Positions 50,508 to 60,057 of a stretch of DNA of 64,000 nt are shown here, in pieces. The translations under genes were made by a program, and so were the position numbers. The notes under the pieces are model-generated. The model saw nothing but the letters and a program-made list of their open reading frames with translations. It had not been told where the DNA came from and did not search any database. Source of the stretch: a virus; IMG/VR virus record IMGVR_UViG_3300023109_001684; one strand, 5' to 3'. The first letter of the stretch is position 1. Each line of letters starts with the position of its first letter.

Positions 50508-50521
50508 ATTATTCTCCTCGT

Positions 50522-51151
50522 TTATTGGAGACCATTGATTATATTAACCAATTGATTCTTTAAAAACTTTTGTGCCTTTGCATCTTCTTTTGTTGCCTCT
50601 GCTAATTCATATGCCTTCATCCCGCCACGAGTATTCATGATATGTTCATATATCGGAGTTGGATATGCACCAGGGGCGCTGGGTTGAGCCACAACGTCCA
50701 CAGTGATTATTTCAAAACCAGTAACGTTGCCGTTACCGTCAACTTCACCAGAGCCCCTAGAGGAAACACCTAGTTTAACACCTGCTTCTAACATAGTTTT
50801 AACTAACTGTCCCATAGGGGTTGGTAAGATTTTCATTTTGCCGAAACCGTTATCGCCATCCATCCACATATCTGTGATCATATGACTTACACGATCTAAG
50901 TTAATGTTAAGACCCTCTGGGTGGTCAACTTCGCCGATTACACTAAAACCTTCGCTGATTTGATCATTGAGAGTTTTGACAGCCCTTCCAATCTCATTTA
51001 CAGGATACACACGCTGGTTAGCGTTGCGTACTCCGCCCTGGATACAAATACCTTTTAGGTAAAGATCTTTGCCTCCATTTGAGTTTTCCGCGGTCTCAAG
51101 TACCATGCCTGCTTGGTCAAATGTCAAATGTTCTCTTAAAAAGTTGGCCAT
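50522..51151 (-). CDS. gp21: Prohead protease, gp21-like
   Basis: NANQRVYP, GEVDHP, LGVSSRGSG and DVVAQPSAPGA. Confidence 0.95.
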   Translation of the reverse strand: MANFLREHLTFDQAGMVLETAENSNGGKDLYLKGICIQGGVRNANQRVYPVNEIGRAVKTLNDQISEGFSVIGEVDHPEGLNINLDRVSHMITDMWMDGDNGFGKMKILPTPMGQLVKTMLEAGVKLGVSSRGSGEVDGNGNVTGFEIITVDVVAQPSAPGAYPTPIYEHIMNTRGGMKAYELAEATKEDAKAQKFLKNQLVNIINGLQ

Positions 51152-51172
51152 GTTTGGTTCCTAACGTCTTTT

Positions 51173-52132
51173 TTAGCCGCCAATAGTTGGTTTTTTATTA
51201 GCTGCTGTCTCTGGCTTGCCCTTTTTCTCAGCGCCGTGGCCAGGTTGATTGCTGCCTGCTTTAGCAGCTTTACCGCCTGGAACATTTACGTTACCAGCCG
51301 AATCTTCTTTTGCACTTGTATCACTTAGTGCTGAACCTTTTACAGTTGAACCTGCGCCTGCTTCTGGATCACCAGCTACTGCATTTTTTGCAATATTAGC
51401 ACTTGTGCCGCCCATGTCATTTTTACCTGCTACTGCTGACTTTGTACCGTTAGTACCTGTGTCACCCATTGTAGCTGATACTTTTTCAACATACTCGCGC
51501 ATTGTTTCGCCTGCTGACTTTTTGCTTTCATCAACTTCTTCGTCAGTTGCTTCTTCGACTTCTTCGTCTGATTCAAAAGCAATTGCTTCGTCTTCAACAT
51601 CGTCTATCATGTCGTCAACTGCGTCTCCGCCTTCTTCATCATCACCAGCTTCGTCGTCGCCGTCCATCATTTTTTCAAATTCTGCTTTTAGGTCGTCTAG
51701 CGCATCTTCAAGATCCATTACACGATCTTCCATGTCACCTTCTTCACCTTCGTCGTCGCCTTCTTCGTCGCCGCCCATTTCCATGTCGTCGCCTGCGTCA
51801 CCACCCATCATTGCGTCCATTGGGTCAGCTTCAACTTCAAATTCGCCTAAGTCGAATCCTTCTTCAACTTCTTCATCATCTGACTCGTCTAGATCTTCGT
51901 CATCTGACTCGTCTAGATCTTCGTCATCTGACTCGTCTACTGCTTCATCATCTGACTCGTCTACTGCTTCGTCATCAGCTTCGTCTAGATCTTCTAGATC
52001 TGACTCTAGTAAACCTTCGTATATGTTACGTGATTTTTCTACCACAATCTCGTGGAAAAGCTCTTCTGCACCTGCTTTATCTTCGTTGATAAGGCGCTCA
52101 AGCATTTCTTCAAATTTATTTTGATCTGCCAT
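51173..52132 (-). CDS. Highly acidic prohead core-like protein
   Basis: D/E-rich with tandem repeats, directly upstream of gp21. Late box at 52185-52190 and leader hairpin UUACCC-AACA-GGGUAA. Confidence 0.7.
   Translation of the reverse strand: MADQNKFEEMLERLINEDKAGAEELFHEIVVEKSRNIYEGLLESDLEDLDEADDEAVDESDDEAVDESDDEDLDESDDEDLDESDDEEVEEGFDLGEFEVEADPMDAMMGGDAGDDMEMGGDEEGDDEGEEGDMEDRVMDLEDALDDLKAEFEKMMDGDDEAGDDEEGGDAVDDMIDDVEDEAIAFESDEEVEEATDEEVDESKKSAGETMREYVEKVSATMGDTGTNGTKSAVAGKNDMGGTSANIAKNAVAGDPEAGAGSTVKGSALSDTSAKEDSAGNVNVPGGKAAKAGSNQPGHGAEKKGKPETAANKKPTIGG
51874..51976. repeat. 24-nt coding tandem repeat (about 4 copies)
   Basis: tcatctgactcgtcta(g/c).. units encoding (V/L)DESDDE(A/D). 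Confidence 0.9.
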
Positions 52133-52248
52133 TGTTTTCTCCTATAAATGAATGTATTACCCTGTTGGGTAAGGCTGTCAATACTATTTACTCTATACGG
52201 AAAAAAGTATGCAGAAATAGGCCAAAAACAGGCTGTTTTCGGCTGGCA

Positions 52249-52959
52249 CTATGATATTTCGAACATTTTCGTGAAATCTTCAACAAGAACTTCGTTATAA
52301 TTGTCAAAAGTATTTAGTTCGTCGGGTGAATAATTATCTGATGCTATTATTCTTACATAGTTAATATCTTTGTTTTCTTGGATTACACTACGTGTTTGGC
52401 GCATCCAATTCCCATAAAAAGTAGGTCCGTCTGTAGATTTTTTATAATTCATAGTACTTGCATATATGTTATTAAACGATGTATTATCTTTTAACCCTTT
52501 ATAATCAAACCCTAAAATATAAATTGTTTCGTAACCATGTTGACTTGCTAACCATAATGCTGTCGGGCCACTACTCCATCCTTTACTTGGAGAGAAAAAA
52601 TTTAGATGTTTGATGTGAGAATAGCTTTTATTAGGATTAGTCCATACTGAATGTGTATGTTGATATTTAGATTTATTAATTTCTAATATCATTTTTACAT
52701 CTACTGCTACAAGGAAGTCGGGTGCAAAAGATCTATATAATGCGTTGCATCCGTATGTTTTACCGTATGGCCAAAGATCGGCAGGATCAATTGTAGCACG
52801 ACTAGTGCCGTTGCCTAATACAAATGCAGTTTTTTTATTTTTTCGGTGACTAGTTTCGACAAGTTTTTTATTTTTTTCTACAACTTTTTGGATACGGCGT
52901 TGGTTTCTAATTTCTCGCCATTCTTGTTTTGTGTATTGAGTCTTGTCTATTTTTGCCAT
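52249..52959 (-). CDS. DUF115/Maf-like (sialyltransferase-like) nucleotide-sugar transferase family protein
   Basis: AFVLGNGTSR, YGCNALYR, DFLVAVD, SSGPTALWLA and IYILGFD. Confidence 0.6.
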   Translation of the reverse strand: MAKIDKTQYTKQEWREIRNQRRIQKVVEKNKKLVETSHRKNKKTAFVLGNGTSRATIDPADLWPYGKTYGCNALYRSFAPDFLVAVDVKMILEINKSKYQHTHSVWTNPNKSYSHIKHLNFFSPSKGWSSGPTALWLASQHGYETIYILGFDYKGLKDNTSFNNIYASTMNYKKSTDGPTFYGNWMRQTRSVIQENKDINYVRIIASDNYSPDELNTFDNYNEVLVEDFTKMFEIS

Positions 52960-53204
52960 TAAATGCCAGCTTCAGCTTGGTTAGCAATGCCATACATTTG
53001 TCTTACAAATTGCAGTTCTTCTTTTGCTTCTTTGTTATGTAGTTCGCTTGCTTTACGTATTCTGTTTATCTGGCGTAATGTTAATTTGGTTTTGCGAGTA
53101 TCACCTTTCTTAATAGGTGACTCGTCATACTGAGGTTCATACCTATTGTCCTCTGTAGGCTCAATAGTGTCTGGATCAAAATAAAATAGTTCTCTAAGTA
53201 TCAT
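52959..53204 (-). CDS. Small head-region protein
   Basis: ORF right after portal, with TATAAATA at 53209-53216. Confidence 0.7.
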   Translation of the reverse strand: MILRELFYFDPDTIEPTEDNRYEPQYDESPIKKGDTRKTKLTLRQINRIRKASELHNKEAKEELQFVRQMYGIANQAEAGI

Positions 53205-53211
53205 ATTGTAT

Positions 53212-54957
53212 TTATACCGTTTGGTCCGTTGTTGCTGCTCCAGAACCTAACTCTTGTCCTGTAACAGTGTCAGGTGGTGTTGTATCTCCGCCTGCTTCTA
53301 TATCTGTATCTAATGCTTCGTCTTCAATTCCAGCTAAATCGCCTTCAATTCCAGCACCAGTAACTCCTGCTGAACGCATTTCACCTGTTGCGTCAGTAGG
53401 CGGTTGCTCTAGAGCTTCGTCATTTTCTTCACGCCACATACGTTCGTTATCTGCAATTTCTTCGTCTGTCATTCCTAAGAAACGTTTCATTGCAAATCTA
53501 TTTGAAACATAAGGTATAGCACTCATTTGTGTAAATGTAGGAATACGTGCATTATCAATTTCACTTTGTCTATATGCTGCAAAGTTTTGTGGTGGCTGGA
53601 ATGATAAATCAAACATTGACGTATCAATGTTTACACCCTTTTCTAATACATAACGTTTAAACTCTTGATCAAAACCTTCTACAAGTAAACCTTGCAGTCT
53701 TTCACAGTATGTATTAAAACGTAATTCTTGTATGTATGCAGTACCTACTCTACCGTCATTGTATTGGCTAGCTGAATCGTCAGCGCCGGTAGGCAAGTAG
53801 CTGCTAGGAATTCGTAAACCACGTACAAGCTTATTAGTAAAATATCTAAGGTCATCAATTTCTCCTAGGTTAGTTCCGCCTGGTAGTGTTTCAACTTTTG
53901 ATCCACGCCCTTCAGCAGTTTGTGGGAAAAAGTAATCTTCGTTGATTGACAGTGGATTATATGAACTGTCTATGACATTCTGACCGCCGCCTGTCGCCGA
54001 TGGGATACGTCTTTGATGTATTTCCGTTTTAACACGCTCAACAAATTGCATAGCAAGGTGTGAAGGCATGTTGCCCACATCAACGTAGAATACTCTGCGC
54101 TCTGGCGCACGTTGTACACGATAGATAATAATAGCATCTTCGAGTAATTCTTTTTGTTTGTAAACTTTAAAAATAGTTTCAAGTAGACTGTTACCAAACG
54201 GATAGTTGTTGTCTAAGCCTTCTGATAAACTCAAATGCAAAATGTGTTCTGATGAAATTGTTATTTCACTTTCTTCTCTACTGAACCTTGTGCCTGCTTG
54301 TCCTGCACTTTGTCCTGCAAGATATCCTTTACCTGCACTAGAACTTTGGTAACTGCCTTGTCCGCCGTTATTTAATTGACCTTGAGTTTGATGTGGTGTT
54401 GTTGCAACAAGATCTTTAAAGTTAAGATTCATATCTTTAACAACATACTGCTCAGGACTTTTACCTTCACTTTCGTTTACAATAATTTTTGTAAGGTTAG
54501 CGCAGTCAACGTGAAATAATTTTTTAGTTTCTGGATCTCTAACAAATATTTGATCACCATACTTAAATGTATTGCGTAACAGTCTAAACATTCTAGTTTC
54601 AAACTTGTTTATTTTACACCATTGTTGTAGATACTGTGATATAATTGTTACTTCTGAATTAGTTGCCTTTTGTCTAAAATCAATTTTAAAATTAGTACCG
54701 TTCTGATCATTCTTTTGTGTACAAAACTCAGCAAGAATATCTAAAGCAGCATTTACTTCTGAGTCACTGTCCATTGTATTGTATTGACCATAACGTTCAA
54801 TACGGTTTGGTGAACCAACATAAACATCAGGAAGATGTGAATTATAATTCCTTGCTGCAGGACCGGGCATATATCCTCGAGATCCTGACAGCGGAGAAAA
54901 TGTTCCGCTTGGGTTATCTCCTGTTGGTACTGGGGTAAAATATTTTTTCCAACTCAT
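53212..54957 (-). CDS. gp20: Portal vertex protein, gp20-like
   Basis: IYRVQRAPERRVFYVDVGNMP and EDYFFP..GRGSKVETLPGGTNLGEIDD. Confidence 0.97.
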   Translation of the reverse strand: MSWKKYFTPVPTGDNPSGTFSPLSGSRGYMPGPAARNYNSHLPDVYVGSPNRIERYGQYNTMDSDSEVNAALDILAEFCTQKNDQNGTNFKIDFRQKATNSEVTIISQYLQQWCKINKFETRMFRLLRNTFKYGDQIFVRDPETKKLFHVDCANLTKIIVNESEGKSPEQYVVKDMNLNFKDLVATTPHQTQGQLNNGGQGSYQSSSAGKGYLAGQSAGQAGTRFSREESEITISSEHILHLSLSEGLDNNYPFGNSLLETIFKVYKQKELLEDAIIIYRVQRAPERRVFYVDVGNMPSHLAMQFVERVKTEIHQRRIPSATGGGQNVIDSSYNPLSINEDYFFPQTAEGRGSKVETLPGGTNLGEIDDLRYFTNKLVRGLRIPSSYLPTGADDSASQYNDGRVGTAYIQELRFNTYCERLQGLLVEGFDQEFKRYVLEKGVNIDTSMFDLSFQPPQNFAAYRQSEIDNARIPTFTQMSAIPYVSNRFAMKRFLGMTDEEIADNERMWREENDEALEQPPTDATGEMRSAGVTGAGIEGDLAGIEDEALDTDIEAGGDTTPPDTVTGQELGSGAATTDQTV

Positions 54958-54966
54958 TTAGCTTCC

Positions 54967-57555
54967 TTAATACACCGATCCTACGGATCCAAGTGCAGAT
55001 ATTTGTTTCTTACTATTTTTTTCAATTGACATTAAAATAGAAGCGGTGTTACTCATAGTAGTATTTAATTGATTTATAGCATTTATGACACCTTCTTGAT
55101 TAATTGTAGCACCATTATTATTAGTTGTCAATGAATTTAATTGTGCTTGCATCTTATCTGCATTTGCTAAAAACTTACCAGCGTTGCTATCTTCAGGAAC
55201 AACTGCTTCACGATTGTGTAGTTCTGCTAGTGTACCTGTTCCAAAGTCTCTAAATCCGTTAGTACCGTTCCTAAACTGTGGTGGCTGTCCAGCAGGGTTT
55301 AATATTGCCCTATGTTTAGCAATTTCAACTAATAGATCTGCAGGCATTGGTCGGTTCCTAAATGCTTCTATCCTTGCTGCATATTCTTCGTCTGTTTCTG
55401 CTTCTCTTGCACCTACACCAAAGAGACCATTAGATGCTTGTAGTTGCTCGCCAACAACTTGGCCTTGCATATACTCTAACCTATTAATATTTTTTTGTAG
55501 ATCTTCGTTTACTAAAGTAGCATTAGCAGGATCTAATCTTCCAGACTCAAGTCCGCGGATTTCGTAGTCTTTACGTTCTCGTCTTAATCTTTCGTTATCT
55601 AATACACCTAACTTATTATCAATTCCTTCTTGTAATCTTAACATTACTCCTTCAAAGTGATAACCAACAGTGTCTACTAATTGTGTGCCGCCAGTGGATG
55701 ACATAAAATCTTTTATAGAATCTACAAATGCGTTACCAATTCGCACTCCTAAGCTTTCACCTTCTTCGCCAGGAGGAAATAATTTGTCCATAACCTGTGA
55801 CATTAAACTTTTACCAGCAGTTTCGGAATCTTCAAGTCCAATCTTTTTCAAAAATTGTGCATATATTGATTCGGAACCTTCTCCAGTTTCGAACCCCACA
55901 AGTTCTAAGAACTTATTTGATACAAATTTATACATATCAGCAAATCCGGATGCTATTTTTTCAAATAATCCTCCTTGGCGTTGCATATCAGTTTCTTGAT
56001 CTCTTGGATCTACATCTACTAGCTCACCTAAGAAATAATCTTTTATATTTTCATATATTTCGCTAATCTTTCCTGAAGGATTAGCAGCAAACTCGTCAAC
56101 AAATTGATTAAAGTTTGTAATAAATCCTTGTATCTTTTCGTCAGTAAACATACCATCTAATAGATTAGTAATTGCAGGTGCTAATTTATCTATCATCGGT
56201 GTAAGAATTTTTGCTCTCATTTGTTCAATCATATTACTAAATTGAGCAAGTCCATTTGTAAGATCATCTCGTTGTGCTTGTTCGTCTTCTGCTGCTTTAC
56301 CTGATGCGTCTGTAATAGATAAAAATGCTGCTGCACTATCTTGTAAATCTGCAATCGGATGTCCTAATTGTCTCAATCCGCCAATTGCTTCGGGACTATT
56401 CATGAAATCAGCCATCATCGGGCCCATTTGTTTTAGTCTATCATTAAATTCTTCTTGAGTTAAGTTTCCTGCTCGGTATGCTTTCATTGTTTCTAATGCA
56501 AGACCGTCAGTCATACTTACTAATGAAGCTTCTAATGGATTGTTTGCAATTCCATCTGCTAATCCTTTTAGTGCTGTTACTGCTGCGCCGCCGCCTTGCT
56601 CTGCTATTTGACTCAGTCTAGCTGTGTTTGCATCAAATTCAGCTACATTTCCATTTCTAGCTAGAATTTCAGATCTAATACTACGAACCATTGCATCGGC
56701 TTGAGTTGCAGCAAGTGCCTGTTCAGCATCTTTTCTATTCATGCCTGTAATTTTTGTTAGTTTATCTAGTTCTTTAATGTAACTTACACTACCTTGTAGT
56801 AATTGATCATTAGATAGTCTTTCTAGATTACCTAAACGTGCTTGGTTTCTAGTATAGCTTGCTAAACCTTCCACAACGCCTTCAACAGTAAGTCCCATAC
56901 CAATCAATTGGCCGCGTAATCCTTGCTCCCCCATTGATTGATTTAATTGAATAAATCGTTTTGCACCTTCACTAGCAGTACTACCTAACATTTTCATTAC
57001 ATCTGAATTTCCAATTAGTGCATTTTCAAGTATTTCTGCATTAATACCTGATGTTACTAAGCTTCTTCCCATTTCTTTAATATCATTATTAAAAGATATA
57101 CCTACATCGGAAAAACTACGTAATCTATCCACTGCCGCTTCTAAGAATCGAGTAAAACTACCTAAATGCTCTCCTACCACAGGTAAATGATCAGCAAAAT
57201 CAGATAATCTAGTGCCTCCCATAACAAGTTGTTTAGATAGTCCAGTTGCACTACCTGCAATTCCTGCAATTCCGGCAACTAATCCATTAAATGCGTTACC
57301 TGCTAAACCTGATAGTGTACTTGTGCTCTTTTTCAGTGCAGCAGTATTTTTATCACGCTCTTCTGTGTTGTCTGCAATACTACCGGAAGCAGTTTTTAGT
57401 GATTTTTCATAATTTTGTAATACTTGTTGTTTAGGAGAATTTATGCCATTTGCTTTTGCCAACTTATCCATAGCCACAAGAAGCCTACGCAGAGTAACTT
57501 CACTAGCTACTCCGGCTTCGCCGCCTACATTACCAATATCGACTTCTTCTGCCAC
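54967..57555 (-). CDS. Tape-measure-like tail protein
   Basis: 862-aa A/G/L-rich helical protein with C-terminal GT.GF.DFG.GTLAELHNREAVVP motif; GTG start with GGAG RBS. Confidence 0.7.
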   Translation of the reverse strand: MAEEVDIGNVGGEAGVASEVTLRRLLVAMDKLAKANGINSPKQQVLQNYEKSLKTASGSIADNTEERDKNTAALKKSTSTLSGLAGNAFNGLVAGIAGIAGSATGLSKQLVMGGTRLSDFADHLPVVGEHLGSFTRFLEAAVDRLRSFSDVGISFNNDIKEMGRSLVTSGINAEILENALIGNSDVMKMLGSTASEGAKRFIQLNQSMGEQGLRGQLIGMGLTVEGVVEGLASYTRNQARLGNLERLSNDQLLQGSVSYIKELDKLTKITGMNRKDAEQALAATQADAMVRSIRSEILARNGNVAEFDANTARLSQIAEQGGGAAVTALKGLADGIANNPLEASLVSMTDGLALETMKAYRAGNLTQEEFNDRLKQMGPMMADFMNSPEAIGGLRQLGHPIADLQDSAAAFLSITDASGKAAEDEQAQRDDLTNGLAQFSNMIEQMRAKILTPMIDKLAPAITNLLDGMFTDEKIQGFITNFNQFVDEFAANPSGKISEIYENIKDYFLGELVDVDPRDQETDMQRQGGLFEKIASGFADMYKFVSNKFLELVGFETGEGSESIYAQFLKKIGLEDSETAGKSLMSQVMDKLFPPGEEGESLGVRIGNAFVDSIKDFMSSTGGTQLVDTVGYHFEGVMLRLQEGIDNKLGVLDNERLRRERKDYEIRGLESGRLDPANATLVNEDLQKNINRLEYMQGQVVGEQLQASNGLFGVGAREAETDEEYAARIEAFRNRPMPADLLVEIAKHRAILNPAGQPPQFRNGTNGFRDFGTGTLAELHNREAVVPEDSNAGKFLANADKMQAQLNSLTTNNNGATINQEGVINAINQLNTTMSNTASILMSIEKNSKKQISALGSVGSVY

Positions 57556-57582
57556 TTATTCATCTCTCCAATTAACTACGTA

Positions 57583-57620
57583 TATAAATATATATGATAC
57601 ATATTTACACATTGTATTTA
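57583..57620. promoter_or_regulatory. Overlapping opposed late promoters
   Basis: TATAAATA on + (57583-57590) toward the gp26-like gene; TAAATA on - (57602-57607 and 57615-57620) toward the tape measure gene. Confidence 0.65.
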
Positions 57621-57633
57621 TCAGGAGAAAAAC

Positions 57634-58485
57634 ATGTCGGAAACAAATAATCCGTTACATAAATTTTATAGACAGCCTAAAATTTATATTACATTACCAT
57701 CTAAAGGGCAATTTTGGAAACAAGGCTCTATTGATTTACCTGAGTCAGGTGAAATTCCAGTATTTGCTATGACAGCTAAAGACGAATTAATGACTAAAAC
57801 ACCAGATGCGTTATTAAACGGCGAAGCAACTGTTGAATTAATTCAAAGTTGTGTTCCTAATATCAAAGATGCTTGGCAAACACCAAGTACAGACTTTGAT
57901 GCAATACTAATTGCTATCCGTATTGCTACATATGGAGAGAATATGGACATTAGTTCATTTACTCCAGTAATATCAGAAGAAAAAACATTCTCTTTAGACT
58001 TAATAAGACTGCTGGATACTATTCAAGTCGAGTCATTTGAGACTCAGTTACATACTAACGAACTATCATTCGAAGTTAGACCGCTAACATATAAAGAAAT
58101 GACCGACACAACAAACGAAACGTTTGAAGAGCAGCGTATCTTTAATGCAGTGTCAAATAACGACATGCCTGAAAATGAAAAAATAGCACTTTTTAGAGAT
58201 AGCTTTAAAAAACTTACTGCACTAACAGTTAGAACATTAGAAAAAAGTATTGTTAGCATTACTGTTGGTGAAGATGTTGTAGTTAACCCAGCAATGATTG
58301 CAGATTTTATTAATAATAGTGAAAAAACTGTTTTTGAACTAATAAGCAAGCACATCGAAGTACAAAAAGATAAGTTTAAAATTAAACCTATGATTGTTGA
58401 TGCAACTCCGGAGGAAATTGAAAAAGGTGTTCCTGAAACCTATGAACTGCCTTTGATATTTGACCCATCAAGTTTTTTCGTATAA
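57634..58485 (+). CDS. gp26: Baseplate hub/tail assembly protein, T4 gp26-like
   Basis: ITLPSKG, MTAKDEL, D.DAILIAIRIATYGE and C-terminal SFF. Confidence 0.7.
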   Translation: MSETNNPLHKFYRQPKIYITLPSKGQFWKQGSIDLPESGEIPVFAMTAKDELMTKTPDALLNGEATVELIQSCVPNIKDAWQTPSTDFDAILIAIRIATYGENMDISSFTPVISEEKTFSLDLIRLLDTIQVESFETQLHTNELSFEVRPLTYKEMTDTTNETFEEQRIFNAVSNNDMPENEKIALFRDSFKKLTALTVRTLEKSIVSITVGEDVVVNPAMIADFINNSEKTVFELISKHIEVQKDKFKIKPMIVDATPEEIEKGVPETYELPLIFDPSSFFV

Positions 58486-58709
58486 GGATCTTAACTTTAA
58501 CGGTCGAAGAAGTATTAGCAGAAGTTAAGGTCCTTGAAAACGAGTGTAAAAATTTAAAATTAGAACTATTTAAATTTGCATGGTTTAGTCGAGGTAGCTT
58601 AACTATTGATCATGCATTTGATTTATGTATAGAAGATCGTGAACTTCTTCACGAAATGATTCAAGGAAATTTAGAAACTACTAAAGAATCAGGATTACCG
58701 TTCTTTTAA
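58473..58709 (+). CDS. Start-less -1 frame ORF (gp51-like small hub protein), probably reached by frameshift
   Basis: Not in the ORF track. Reads FFRIRILTLTVEEVL...AWFSRGSLTIDHAFDL...ETTKESGLPFF* and fills the gap exactly; no ATG/GTG/TTG until its last quarter. Confidence 0.7.
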   Translation, partial: FFRIRILTLTVEEVLAEVKVLENECKNLKLELFKFAWFSRGSLTIDHAFDLCIEDRELLHEMIQGNLETTKESGLPFF

Positions 58710-58710
58710 T

Positions 58711-59442
58711 TTATTTTGCTTGTCTAAACAATTGAAGAATACGTTGCTGACCGCCTTGGTCATTCATAGCTTGTGCTAACTTACCCAATAACGGTGCAAT
58801 TTCTTTTCTTTCATTAGGTGCTAGTACTTCACCGTTGCCTGCTTTTTGTAATGCTTTAGCAGCTATTGCAGGACTCTTAATACCAGTAGTAGATTTAAAC
58901 TTGTTCATAGCTTGTGCTACAGCTTTGTTATTTCCGGCTGCTGCTGGTGCACCGCCATCTGTAGCATATTTACTGCGCTGTTGTTGACCAGGTGCTTGTT
59001 GTTTAAACCCTTGTTGTACTAAACTCATAATAACTTTATCAATTACTTGCGGAGCAACAGCTTCAGTAACACTATTGTCTAAACTAGCTGTTAGTGTAGC
59101 TGGATTTGGCTTAGGTGTTGCAACAGGTTTCTTTGGAACAATTTTTCTTACAGTTTGTACAACTGAATTTTTATCAAACCCTGCTTTTTGTAAAAAGTCA
59201 ACTAGGTCATTAAGTTCTAATTGATTTTTCTTAATACCTGCTCCTGACATAAATTGATTTAATTCTCTTTTGATACGATTTGCTTCGTCACCTACATCAG
59301 CCTTAGTAGCCATCTTACCAGCAGCATTTTGCATACCAAGTTTACCTGCTACAGCTGAGCCAATTTTACGTGCTGCTTGACCTAACGCTCCAGCTGGTGC
59401 TTCATCTAAGTCATTTTCATTAAGAAGATCATTTATTTTCAT
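58711..59442 (-). CDS. Hypothetical late protein (possible internal head protein)
   Basis: Late box at 59474-59479; N-terminal MKINDLLNENDLDEAP with L-x-E sites; A/K/Q-rich. Confidence 0.7.
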   Translation of the reverse strand: MKINDLLNENDLDEAPAGALGQAARKIGSAVAGKLGMQNAAGKMATKADVGDEANRIKRELNQFMSGAGIKKNQLELNDLVDFLQKAGFDKNSVVQTVRKIVPKKPVATPKPNPATLTASLDNSVTEAVAPQVIDKVIMSLVQQGFKQQAPGQQQRSKYATDGGAPAAAGNNKAVAQAMNKFKSTTGIKSPAIAAKALQKAGNGEVLAPNERKEIAPLLGKLAQAMNDQGGQQRILQLFRQAK

Positions 59443-59490
59443 CAGAGTTAATCCTTTGTGTACTAGTTAAAGTTATTTATCATACTATTG

Positions 59491-59610
59491 AATATCTACT
59501 TCGTAGATATTAGTTATCGCTAACGCTCAAACTACTTACTTCGTTTATAATTATGTTTGTTAGAAGTGATTATAATATGAACAAATGCATTATTACGAAT
59601 GTAATAATGT
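59491..59610. repeat. Two perfect 9-bp inverted repeats in an AT-rich tract
   Basis: AATATCTAC-ttc-GTAGATATT (59491-59511) and CATTATTAC-gaat-GTAATAATG (59588-59609). Confidence 0.85.
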
Positions 59611-59611
59611 T

Positions 59612-60051
59612 TAAGTTTCATGTAGATTGTTTCAGTCAGACGGAACCTGTTACGGTCCCATCTAATCTCAAAATACGCTTCATGTGAGTCGCACCAGCCG
59701 AGACATTGGAAGTAGGTAATTGTTTATACACAAAGTACAATGGGCTCTGACCTTTCCCAACCTACGTCGACATCGCTTGCGCTACCTCTCGCTTCGTTCC
59801 TATTGCTAAAGAGTTTTTATGTACTGTGTTGTGTTTTTCGACTGCCAACATGCAATCTATATCAACTAGTGAGCCCAATTTGTTTGATGGCTTCCTACCT
59901 CTGGGTAGTCAATCAATATGTACGTGTGCTTCTATACGAGAGCTTTTTCCACAGCGGTATTTTTAATCTGGCCCGCCAACCTTAGGTGTTGGAATGCTTT
60001 GCCTGTATGTAATATTTTTAGGAATGCCTGTTGCTATAATAAATCTGCCTA
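59612..60051 (-). ncRNA. Candidate large structured ncRNA, about 440 nt
   Basis: Near-consensus sigma70 promoter, no track ORF on this strand, many hairpins and long-range complementarities. Confidence 0.65.
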
Positions 60052-60057
60052 TAAACA

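Noticed and set aside
51874-51976. 24-nt repeats as a possible CRISPR array
   Set aside because: Head-to-tail, in frame, no spacers and no cas genes.
51249-52124. 291-aa and 195-aa plus-strand ORFs
   Set aside because: Ser-rich and Leu/Arg-rich mirror frames of the acidic repeat gene.
59740-59985. 81-aa plus-strand ORF in the large gap
   Set aside because: No RBS, atypical composition, and antisense to a promoter-driven structured region.
59612-60051. Group I intron or RNase P identity for the large RNA (GGUCAGAGCCCA loosely resembles the group I R element)
   Set aside because: No interrupted gene, no matching S element, and no GAGGAAAGUCC or ACAGAA..CGGC RNase P motifs. Left unassigned pending a covariance-model search.
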